Below, piece by piece: positions 47,562 to 60,848 of a stretch of DNA of 64,000 bases (positions are counted from its first letter, which is position 1; every line of letters starts with the position of its first letter). A program made the position numbers and the translations under genes. Below the pieces are notes generated by a model. It was not told where the DNA came from. It did not search any database and saw only the letters and a program-made list of their open reading frames with translations. The stretch is taken from assembly GCA_051294375.1 (NCBI GenBank), contig CM119267.1:9791458-9855457 (forward strand). Reading direction: 5' to 3'. The DNA comes from Paraspadella gotoi (taxonomy: Eukaryota > Animalia > Chaetognatha).

Positions 47562-48377
47562 TCACGTGCTAAGAATTTTACGAATTTCGACACATTCCGC
47601 CAAATCGAGGGGAAGACAGTCGTTCTCATCACGAACGCCGACGTCAGCACCGTGGTCGACAAGCATTTTAACGACCTCCGTGTGGCCGCACGACGCCGCG
47701 TAGTGCAAAGGAACTTGACCGCCAGAATCCAAACAATTGATGAACGAGCCTATTAGGATGTGCAAAAGGGGAAATGAATAGAAAGATAGAAGGAGAAAAA
47801 TGAAGAAAGAGGTGGAGAATAATCCACCTTGTTTGAGCAGAACCTCGGCGATTCCGAGGTATCCCCGATCGCAGCTCCAATGCAGCAAAGTCATTCCGTC
47901 GTCGTCGGTAAGCCGCAAGTGCTCGCCGTCCGCGTCCTCCTGCAGAATGCCTTCTACTCTCTGCAGGTCACCTTCCTTGACCCAATCGAAAATGGTCTTT
48001 TGGTCGTCGTCGAGATCCGGTTCCGTCTTGGCCATTGAAGAGACAGATAACCCACCCATGGGAGATTTTCGACTCGCCGTCTTCTCGTCAAATCGGACGA
48101 GCCAATCGGGGTCCATCTCGTCCACGGCCTGGACGTACTCAGCCATGGCGGCGCGGCGCGACATATCGCCCAAGCTGGACCAGGCCGTCCATTTTTGTTT
48201 GCCCTGAAAATCGAAGAATCCGGGCTTGGGAATATTGCAACGGCCCTCCTTGGCCTGTTTAAAGCGAGCGTAAAAGTAAAGGAGCTGATCGGGACCCAAT
48301 TGGGTGCCGAGCGTCCGAAGGTGTAGGGCGGCGCGCTCGAAGGTGGCTTCAAGATTGTCTCCGTCGGACGAAGCCAT
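47562..48377 (-). CDS. ACBD6: Acyl-CoA-binding domain protein 6 (ACB domain + ankyrin repeats)
   Basis: LLYFYARFKQAKEGRCNIPKPGFFDFQGKQKWTAW (ACB domain); IFDWVKEG; GMTLLHWSCDRG and GQVPLHYAASCGH (ankyrin repeats); one small in-frame intron at ~47751-47826. Confidence 0.93.
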   Translation of the reverse strand: MASSDGDNLEATFERAALHLRTLGTQLGPDQLLYFYARFKQAKEGRCNIPKPGFFDFQGKQKWTAWSSLGDMSRRAAMAEYVQAVDEMDPDWLVRFDEKTASRKSPMGGLSVSSMAKTEPDLDDDQKTIFDWVKEGDLQRVEGILQEDADGEHLRLTDDDGMTLLHWSCDRGYLGIAEVLLKQGGLFSTSFFIFLLLSFYSFPLLHILIGSFINCLDSGGQVPLHYAASCGHTEVVKMLVDHGADVGVRDENDCLPLDLAECVEIRKILST

Positions 48378-48678
48378 GACGAGAGTAGTTAAAACCGCTT
48401 TCGTTCACGTATGTGCGTTCATCGTAAGCGCCGGGACGTCGACGCTATTAAGGCAACAACTGGGCGGGTAGACTCGCCAATTTATTTATCAACGACAAAA
48501 ATAAATTTAATTTGCTTCCCACGGACAATAAAAATGGAAACGCAATATCGACAATGGATTTATTATTCTAGGAAAAACTACTGAGAAATCAAAATCATTC
48601 AGACTTAATTGTTTTCTATGCTAAAAACCCAAACGTACAAAAATAAAATTTGTTAAACGGAGCGGCTGGAGCTCGGAC

Positions 48679-49212
48679 TCAATTTACTAAAGCGCTTGCG
48701 ACGCTATCCGAACGCCGATCGAGAAGAACCTTGAAATCGGCAAAGGTCTGCAGGAGATGCTCGCCGAAAACAGGAGATGACGTTTGCGGCGACGTGAAGT
48801 AGGAAGATATTGCGACGTTGAAGAAGTCGTCGTGCATGTTGTAGCACACACCATATCCATCGGGGACTAAGGGACCGTAACACATCACCGTGTCCGACTG
48901 GGAGGGAACTAAAGGGAAGCAACGACGTCCGTTTGCAAATACTATTCGCGTTTAAACGTTCAATGCTTTTTTGACAGACTCATACCTTGCGAAGTGGAGA
49001 GTTTAAAATGCGAGGAGAGGTGATAAGAGATGTCCATAAAGAGATCAGGAATGTTCTCTCCGTTTTCCAGGGCCTGCATTTTGAGCCCGAGAAGATGTCT
49101 GTCAAAGGCCTTTCCTTCGATCGCTTCGAGAACAGCGTTACGGTGACCATTGATCGCCTCCAAGAAGAGTTTCAGCTTGGCCTCTTCTGAGACCTCCTCG
49201 TCTACCATTGCC

Positions 49213-49264
<52 letters not shown>

Positions 49265-51886
49265 TAAAAACATTAACAAGGCAGATAAGAAATCCTAACT
49301 CATCATACCTTGCACAAATTAACAGACTCAATCGAGCACGAGCGAATCGTGTCCGTTCGACCTTTTGAAAATATGCGCGTCGACGCCGATTCATAAGTAG
49401 GCGCCGGTTCACCATGCATCCGGTAATAAGTCACTTGAAGCGCCATCTAATAAGAAGATTAAATTAGTTAAGGACCGAAAGAAAAAATGTAAAGTCCGTA
49501 CTTGGAACAGACTGTCCGGCGATAACTGATGATCCTTGATAAACTTTTTACCATAGTTACGAAACTTGATAACTTCCAGATCTAATTCCCGAATAGAGAT
49601 ATCCAAATGTTGCTTGGCCTGCGCAATAAAGTGGGAAAATGTAGTGCTCTCGCTGCTCAGTATTTAATAAAACCTCAAAATAATACCTTATGAATCATCT
49701 TTTCGCTCTCGACACCAGGTAAATCAAATTTCATTTTTTCCGGAGGCTTTATCGAAGAAGAAGGCAATCTGGGATAGTGGATCAAAATTAAAATATAATA
49801 AAATAAAATAATAATCGTCAGTTACAGGATTGACAACAAATTCTGCACTCAAACCTGCTCTCTTTGGGATGTTCACAATAGCGTGTTACATAATCCATGA
49901 GCCTCATTATGGGTAGGCCTTCCGCAGGAGTGTGCTCGTAGTTCAAGCCAAATGCGCCGTCTTTGGCAATGATGAGTTGCATAGTCTTATCGAACCACCG
50001 ATTACCGCTGAGGACCCATATTATTTTTGTGGTTACCTTTTAAAATAGATAGCAATAACGAAGGAGACTTCACCTGTTAAAGCTGCTACCACCGCCGTGC
50101 AGCATTTGACCGGCCCACCTACTGAGATTTTGTACAGCATCGTCTGGAGCACCGGGGTCACGAGCGCCAGACGTCCTTTGGTCGAGGCATAATAAAAAGA
50201 TCGATTTGTTCAAGATGTCGAATAGTTTCCGATTTTCCTAAGCGATGGAAATTAAGAAATTAATTAGGAAATAAACTTATAAAGAGTTTCGAGAAAAATA
50301 ACTCAACATTGACTAACTTTGTTCTTCAACATCTTTTCGTACAATTGTCCCCATACGCTGCGGTTTTCCGAAGTCATTGCGCCAAGCGGAGATTGCCATG
50401 GGTAAGACGACCTCTCCACTATCAGCGACAGTTGATCGTAAATCTGCTGACGATTCAAAAGTTTTCCATCGCCGCCTGGAAGTATGCAGGAAACGAAAAT
50501 GATGTTAATGACAGTGACGAGGGGGGAAAATACACGTTTGACAAATACTATACCAATAACGTCAAAGTAAAAGAAATGATTGTTGTGCGCGACGCAGATG
50601 TGCTTGGGACGAGGATCGTCGTAGTTGTAGTTGACGATCTTGTCTCTTCGGCTGCCGGGAACTCTGCATGAGTTTAGGAGCTTTCCGTACTGCATTATAT
50701 AATATATATTATTATATATGGATGGATATCAGTTAAGTGGAAACGAAAGGTAAAAGGCTTCAAGCTCACCTGACTCATGTCCATGTCTCGACCGCCAGAA
50801 CCTTTCTCTACGGGAAGCCGTTTGAAATCTAACTTGGCTTTGAACTCCATCACGCCAGAAACTGCACGCGCCGCGAGCTTCAACTGCTCGTGAAGAGTGT
50901 TACCTATAAATTTAAAAAGTCATTTCGTTGTGTGAAAAAACAGTAGGAGACATACTTTATGATCCGAATTTAAAGCTGGGACAATAAAAATTGCTATCGG
51001 AAAATAAAAAAATATTTCTAAATAGGGGATTTTGTTTACAACGATTTTATTTAAAAACAGAAAAAACGGACACATTTCGACTTTAGATGTAAGTTTTCAT
51101 CAGCGCATAAAAAATAACAAAAGAATTTCGGTAAAATTTTACCTTCGCCGACCTTGGTTTGGCGTCTTTTTAAAAACCACTTAAAAATATTTATTCAAAA
51201 AAATGACAACAAATTATTACTTAATTACTCTAACCCTAAACCCTCCTCACCCTAACTACCCTTAAACCACCCTTAACCCTAAACCACTAAATGTTTTTAC
51301 ATGCATTCATATAAAAACTTCCCAGATATTCTCTCTCACTTAGAGCCACTAATAAGACTTCAATATCTGTGAATTAATCCCATGGTCTCACCCGAAATTA
51401 AATCCTTGTAGAAAATTATTCCAGGATTACTGTATATTGGCAGAGGCATCCTCGAATCAAGATAGCCCACTTTCAGCCACCACTCTTCTAACCAGTTGTC
51501 TTCGCGGACGGATCGTTTTATCAACTGATTCTGCAGCTTCTCGCCATGTCCCCCTTTCCGCGCGAAAACGTTAACCAACTCCTTTGTGTGTTCGTAATCT
51601 TCATCGTCGATGAGCGGACGAACGCTCCTGAAATGAGATAAGGCAATCACTAATCAGGCGACCAAAGATTTGTCGCTCCCGTCTTCGCTCACCTCAAGTA
51701 TTTCTCGAGCGTTTGATCTAACGCCGGAATCGGGAGTTTCGGTAAGATTTGACTCATTCGCCGCTTTTGAGGCGAACTCGACGTTGGATCGACGAAGGCG
51801 GTAAACACGGCTCCGCCCGGCGCTGGATCGAGGGCGCATTTCCGGACGTTGGCCAAAAGACGCACACCGAAATGGTTCCTCAGCAT
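48679..51886 (-). CDS. CRAT: Carnitine O-acetyltransferase (choline/carnitine acyltransferase family)
   Basis: LPKLPIPALDQTLEKYL; NWLEEWWLKVGYLDSRMPLPIYSNP; GNRWFDKTMQ; LNYEHTPAEG (catalytic His); IKDHQLSPDS; FDRHLLGL; LSTSQ; CYGPLVPDGYGVCYN. Arg-rich mitochondrial-type N-terminus and no PTS1. Confidence 0.88.
49213..49260. repeat. (AAT)n microsatellite in a CRAT intron
   Basis: Direct run; it explains the poly-Ile ORFs. Confidence 0.95.
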
Positions 51887-52909
51887 CGTCGTCTTCGCAA
51901 GCGTGGTAGAAAAAGGAGTTGTTAATCGGCGAAACCCTTGGTTCTTGTGATTGTCAATGAACCGACTCGATCGACTGCGTCGTCATCTCACAAAAGAGAG
52001 ACGGAAAACCCGGCATAGATTATTATGACCTTCGAGGAAGATTCGGCTGCCAAGTAATTAGGCCCCAGAATCTTACCATTTCAATTCTGTAAGTAAATTA
52101 AAACAAAACATGAGAAAAGAGACAAAAAAGCGACGAAATTTCGTCGACATGAGTCATTTTATGAAGCATATGATGAAGGTCTCTTGGTCGGTGAGTGGGC
52201 GACGCCATAGTAACTCTAGCGGCGGTTTTGGATGCGAAAGGCACAACCATTATACGAAGCAAAGGAGAGGAAGAGGATCGCCTTTCTTAACCAACTCGGT
52301 CAGTTTATAAAGAAAATGAGAGGGGAGAAAAAAGAGTAAATAAACCTTTAATTAATAAACTAGGTACAAACACGTAATTAATTAATCAAAAGATCAAGTC
52401 GGTGCTTAAACAGTTAATTATTTAGTGAATTGTAAGAATCAAGCCAGTTTTAAAAAAAACAAGTTTGAGCAAACAATGTCGGATCTGCCTACGATAATTA
52501 ATTAATTAATTAATCGATAAATTAATTAATTAATTTTAATATGTAATAATTAATTTTAAATTTATATTCAACTTATCATCATCGATGTCCTTAAAATTGG
52601 GTTAGGACAGTTATTAAATATGTTTTGTTTACATTTTATCAAAACAAACAAATATCCTTTATTTTTATTTTATGTCTCCTTGTCTCTCTCTCTCTCTCTC
52701 TCTCTCTCACTTTTTATGCAATTGCTTTATGCTTTTAAGATTTTTTTAACTTGCATCATTTTTACAATTAATTAATGAATTAATTAACTAATTAATTAAT
52801 TAAAACATTTATTAGTAATCATTAATATTAAAGATTCAAGTAAATGTGACTTATGTTTTTTCCATCTAAACTCATTTCCACTGGCACAATTCCGTCAAAA
52901 CTTTATATA

Positions 52910-53590
52910 ATTATTATATATTAATAAATATTTAAAAGCTTCAGTGCAACAACCCAATGAACTAAATCAAAAAGTTACATTGAAAATCGATTTAGTAGTA
53001 AAAGGAAAAAAAATTTTTAAAGAGAACTAGGAGTTATAAAAAGTGTTCAATTTTGGCTAGATATTAGGCCGGAACAGGTTGAAAACTAAAAGTTCTCTCA
53101 AATGGTTAATGGTTAAGCGACTATTAAATAATATGAAAATGAAAATAATTTTTAAAATTTTGCTTATCAATTTTTTTATAGATTCTGATAGAGCTTTAAA
53201 AGTTAGATAAAGGTTATTATAACAACTTTTTTTTTTTGTTTTATTAATGAAAAATTTAAAAAAATAAATTTCAGCCAATAATGATGATGATGATAATTTT
53301 TTAAGGTTTTTTCTATTTTTAACCAATTTATTGTCAAAATTTGAAAAAATTATAGTACTAACTTTCATTTAACTTTTTAAGCTCTACAAGAACCCGTTCT
53401 TAAAAAACAAATTTTTAAAATTTTTTTTTGTCATTTGTTATATATTAATAAATATTTAAAAGCTTCAGTGCAACAACCCAATGAACTAATTCAAAAAGTT
53501 ACATTGAAAATCGATTTAGTAGTAGAAGGAAAAAAGAAATTTTTTGAGAGAACTAGAAGTTATAAAAAGTGTTCAATTTTTGTCCGCCTT
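52910..53590 (+). repeat. Family B repeat nested in the Helentron-like element, bounded by ~140-bp direct repeats
   Basis: TATATTAATAAATATTTAAAAGCTTCAGTGCAACAACCCAATGAACTAA... occurs at ~52915 and ~53440, and again at ~60330. Confidence 0.8.
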
Positions 53591-53735
53591 ACTAGATATA
53601 TTGCATGTGATTAAACAATGTTATCGGAATAATAATTTTATCAATTGTATGTATTTTGTAAGTATTTTAATTATTTTTATTCAGTGAGTAAAATAACTTT
53701 TATATTCGCTAATTTTTATTTCGGACTCTCTCTCT

Positions 53736-53778
<43 letters not shown>

Positions 53779-54829
53779 AATTGAACGATCCTTATGCTCA
53801 TTTTTCTGCTCTCTCTCTCTCTCTCTTTGCAATTGCGACGATCCTATGCTCATTTTTCTGCTCTCTTTCTCTCTCTTTCACAAGTAAAATGTAACTTATA
53901 TTTTTTCCATTTAAACTCATTTCCACTGGGACAATTTTGTCAAAACTTTATATCTCGCTTCTTCACACACTTTCCTACCCGCTCACAAAATTTCATCTCA
54001 ATCTATTATGGGTTAAAATAAGTAAAAAGATTCAAGTAAACTCATTTCCACTCGTACGTTTCCACCAAAACTTTATGTCTGTAGCATTTATCTCTAGCAC
54101 CAATTAATTATTTATTAATTATTAAGGAAGCAATTATTTAATCATCTTAGTTATTAAGTAATATACTTTACAAAATATCTCAATTTAATATTATAATTAT
54201 AAATAGCATGTCAACATCGGGAATCGAACACCCGACTTAACGAACTACTAGCACCGCCTTAATCGATGTCGCCACTCGGCACTGTTTTCGGAAAACATCC
54301 CAAACTCGGATTAATTGGTGCTAGGGATAAATGCTACATATCAAGCATCGTTACACATTTTTCTACCCACACAAAAAATTTGAACTCAATCTATCCATCC
54401 AATTATGATTAATTAGAGTACTTATTGGTTAAAATAATTAAAAATATTTTAGTAAATGCGACTTATGTTTTTTCTTCTTAAACTCACACGATTCCGTCGA
54501 AACTTTATATCCAGCTTTATCACACACTTTCCTACCCACACACAAAATTTCTTTCCAATCCAACCAGCCAATCACGAGTTATTGGAGCTTTTTGCTGAGG
54601 TGGGACTGATTAATCTTTTGATTTATTAATACATCCTGCATATACATTTAATATACAAGGAAAAAGAATCCATAATCAATTAGTAAAAAGGTTTTTTGTT
54701 TTTTTTTCATTTAAACTCATTTCCACTCAAAAGATTCCATCGAACTTGGTTTCCTGTTCAATCACACACTTTTTCTACTCACATACAAAATTCCAGGTCA
54801 ATCGATAATTAAGTGGTAATAAGCTAACT

Positions 54830-55180
54830 TGTGCAACTTGCATAATTTAATCAACTTGCATAATTTTGTCAACTGACATAATTTGGTTAACTGACATAAT
54901 TTGGTCTACTGACATAATTTGGTCAACTGACATAATTTCATCAATTAAGATAATTTGGTCAACAGGCATAATTTGGTCAACTGGCATAATTTTATCAACT
55001 GGCCTAATTTGGTCAACTAGCATAATTTGGTCAACTGGCATAATTTGGTCAACTGGCATGATTTGGTCAACAGGCATAATTTGGTCAACAGGCATAATTT
55101 GGTCAACTTGCAGAACTTGATCAACTTGCAGAATTTGGTCAACTGGCATATTGTTTGTCAATTGGCATAATTTGGTCAAT
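54830..55180. repeat. 18-bp minisatellite (TTGGTCAACTGGCATAAT)n, ~19 units
   Basis: Head-to-tail units with no spacers; it explains the (MPVDQI)n and (STGIIW)n ORFs. Confidence 0.95.
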
Positions 55181-55749
55181 CAATCAATCAATCAATCAGA
55201 GAGAGATAGAAACTTTTAAAAAATTCAAATAAATGTGTCTTTTGGTTTTCTAATTTGAACTCTTTCCACTCCTACGATTCCATCAAAAAATTTATATCCA
55301 GCTTTATCACATACTTTCCTACCCACACACAAAATTCCATTTCGAATTATCTATCCAATTTTTAATAAACATAATAATTATGAGTAAATTTAAGTAAAAA
55401 TACTTCAAGTAAATATGACTTTTGTTTTTTCCATTTTTACTCATTTCCACTCGCACGATTCCATCGAAACTTTATATCCAGCTCAATCACACACTTCCCT
55501 ACCATCATACAAAAGTCAATTGTCAATTGCCCTATCCACTCATAAGCAATTGGCGTTCAAAATAGTGAAATATATTTTTTTGTTTTTTCCATTTAAACCA
55601 ATTTCAACTCGCACGATTCCCTCGAAACTTCATATCCATCTCAATCACACAGTTTCCTACCCACACACAAAAATTTCATACCAATCCATCCATACAATCA
55701 CGAGTAATTGGAGTTTTTTGCTAAGGTGGGACGGACGGACGGACGGACG

Positions 55750-55812
<63 letters not shown>

Positions 55813-56559
55813 ACGACGGACATCGTTTTTTTTGCATAATTTATCATAATTCGATGTTCTGACATGATATAAGTGTGTGGCCCGACAATATTGAGGGGGG
55901 GACCGAAAAAGTGAGTTATAGAAGTCGGGATCTGCTGATAAGCAGATCCGACTAAAAATATTCATGGCACTTTGGTTGGCGAGCTTGCCCGTTGTCTTTT
56001 TGTTCGAGCGCGAGAAAAGATTCTGACTTAATGAAGGAATTAAAGAGGTCGCGACGACCGTGCTTTCAGTCATTTTCTTCGGGAGGAGGAGAACCTGGCT
56101 TCGCCGCTTCAACCGTGACACTAAGAGACGGCGCCTAATCGGCTTTAAGGTCGGACCCCTCTGGAAACACTCGATTGAAAATGTTCTCGAATTAGAAAGA
56201 AGAGCTCAGTCTCGTCGGGTGGATTTCGTCGAGGGTCCAAATAGTGAGGGAAACTCTTTGCCAGAATAACCGGGATTTTCAATTATGGAACCCTTAGGGT
56301 TTTTCAATTGAGTCAGATGGTTAGCGTCACCAATGTGTGACCTCTTCGATAAATACATTTGCATAGTTAATAAATAGTTACTGAGAAGTAACAAAAGTAC
56401 CCACTACTATCAATCTCGTGACATTGACAAGAAATCAACTAGTCCACCGTTCAAGTAATAATCGACAAAATGTTTAGCAGATTTTTTTTTTTTTCCATTT
56501 CACGAGGCAACAAACAATAGAATCATGGTTAAATAACGAAACGGGCAGGCGAAAGGAGT

Positions 56560-58834
<2,275 letters not shown>

Positions 58835-59169
58835 TTATGTGTATATAATTTTTATAAAATTTATTAGTTAGAAAACTACTTGACGTTTATTTGGACCTAA
58901 AAAAATGTTTACATTTCCTAACAGTATAATCACTAGGCCGGAACAGGTTGAAAACTAGAAGTTCTTTCAAATAGATAATAGGGTGGAGTGATGAAAAGAT
59001 TGAGTGGTTGAACATCATTTTTTTGCTGCCTATGGACATATATCATATAATTAATGAATTTTAAATCTTTTTAAAAATCTTTTTAGCATAACAGTATAAT
59101 ATATTCAATTATTTATGTAGTAATATCCTTATAAAATCGTTAAATTTCAAAATAATTTTCTTTTATTTT

Positions 59170-59432
59170 TATATAAAATTGGTACAACCAATATAAAAAT
59201 TATCCATTCATTTAATAAATAAGCTATCTTGCCCCTGACTTTGGACAGGCTTTGGTGGTTTAAGGCCTCCATCACTCTTACAAAATAATGACATAGCAGG
59301 TCACTGCAAGCTTTCAATCAAGACTCTCTCACAGTCTCGTTTATTCACTCCCAGAGTACCTGGCTTCCCTATCAATGAAGTGGTATAATATTTCAAAGAA
59401 TGTTTCAATTGTATGAAAAGACCACTCCCTTA
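59170..59432. repeat. Interspersed repeat (family C), second copy, in a YME1L1 intron
   Basis: Reverse complement of 4925-5150 with small indels. Confidence 0.85.
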
Positions 59433-59959
59433 TATATAAGTTTAGACTACAGAGAATAAAAAGTTATAAATTTTCACCTTTTTTACCGTTTTAAACGCTA
59501 TAGATGACATAATTTTTGATAACATATTTTATATTTTTGATTTAACTTTTTATGAATTAAAAAAAAATCATTTTTAAAATTTACTATTTTATAAGAATAT
59601 TACAACAAATATATTGTTAACCATAGTATAATCCTTTTTATTTCGTTGCGATTTAGAATTGTAGAGAAAGTTTTATTTTTGTGTGACAAAACAACGATTT
59701 TATTAATTATTAGCAGACATGTTTCGACTCTTATTGCGAGCCATCAGCGCTTTTACAGTTACAGTTGCAAAACTGTAACTGTAAACTTGTCATACAAAAA
59801 TAAAACTTTGTTTTCTCGACAAATATATTATATTTTACTATTCTGTTCCCGAAACAATATGAACACAATATTTTTTGTACTAGTTAATCATTCTATCTCA
59901 CATCTAAATATCCTTGTTCGATCATTCAAATAAATTTTTTGTTCTTGAATGTTCCACTC

Positions 59960-60410
59960 TAATAGATAATGGTTAAGTGATTGTTAGAGAATATGAAAAT
60001 GAAAATAACTTTTAAAATTTGTCTTATTGATAAGTGCACTATATAAAGTTTAAATTTTTTTTTTTTCAAATTCTGATAGAGCTTTAAAAGTTAGATAAAG
60101 TTTAATACAACTTTTAAAATTTTTTGTTTTATTGATAAAAACTTTAAAAAACAATAATATTTAACCAATGATGATAATGATGATGATTTTTTAAGTTTTG
60201 TTCTATTTTGAACCAATTTACTGTCAAAATTTTAAAAAATTTTAGTCTTAACTCTTATTTAACTTTTCAAGCTCTATAAGAATCCATTCTTAAAAAATAA
60301 AATTTAAAAATTTTTTTTTGTCATTTGTTATATATTAATAAATATTTAAAAGCTTCAGTGCAACAACCCAATGAACTAATTCAAAAAGTTGCAATAAAAA
60401 TCGACTATGG
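59960..60410 (+). repeat. Interspersed repeat (family B), third copy
   Basis: AATGGTTAAG...ATTCTGATAGAGCTTTAAAAGTTAGATAAAG...GCTTCAGTGCAACAACCCAATGAACTAATTCAAAAAGTT matches 53100-53500. Confidence 0.85.
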
Positions 60411-60420
60411 TTCCGCGTAC

Positions 60421-60773
60421 NNNNNNNNNNTTTAACTTTTTATGAATTAAAAAAAAATCATTTTTAAAATTTACTATTTTATAAGAATATTACAACAAAT
60501 ATATTGTTAACCATAGTATAATCCTTTTTATTTCGTTGCGATTTAGAATTGTAGAGAAAGTTTTATTTTTGTGTGACAAAACAACGATTTTATTAATTAT
60601 TAGCAGACATGTTTCGACTCTTATTGCGAGCCATCAGCGCTTTTACAGTTACAGTTGCAAAACTGTAACTGTAAACTTGTCATACAAAAATAAAACTTTG
60701 TTTTCTCGACAAATATATTATATTTTACTATTCTGTTCCCGAAACAATNNNNNNNNNNNNNNNNNNNNNNNNN
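60421..60773. other. Two scaffold gaps (N at 60421-60430 and 60749-60773) flanking a duplicate of 59541-59858
   Basis: 60431-60748 reads identical to 59541-59858. Confidence 0.95.
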
Positions 60774-60816
60774 TGCTAAGGTGGGACGGACGGACGGACG
60801 GACGGGACGGACAACC

Positions 60817-60848
<32 letters not shown>

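Larger units (their letters stand above)
52458..55958 (+). mobile_element. Large (3.5 kb) Helentron-associated/DINE-1-like element with internal tandem repeats and nested inserts
   Basis: 5' end AACAAGTTTGAGCAAACAAT-GTCGGATCTGC. The subterminal IR pairs with GCAGATCCGAC in the 3' hairpin at 55924-55952. (GGAC)n(AGAC)n microsatellite at 55729-55820. About 8 degenerate ~150-bp core units (AAACTCATTTCCACT...AAACTTTATATCCAG...TTCCTACCCACAC). Confidence 0.75.

Noticed and set aside
51225-51295. Interstitial telomere (TAACCC-like repeats)
   Set aside because: Short and highly degenerate, inside an intronic AT-rich insertion; typical of MITE internal sequence.
54830-55180. CRISPR-like array, or a repeat protein (MPVDQI)n
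   Set aside because: The 18-bp units are head-to-tail with no unique spacers, there are no cas genes, the context is eukaryotic, and it lies inside a transposon.
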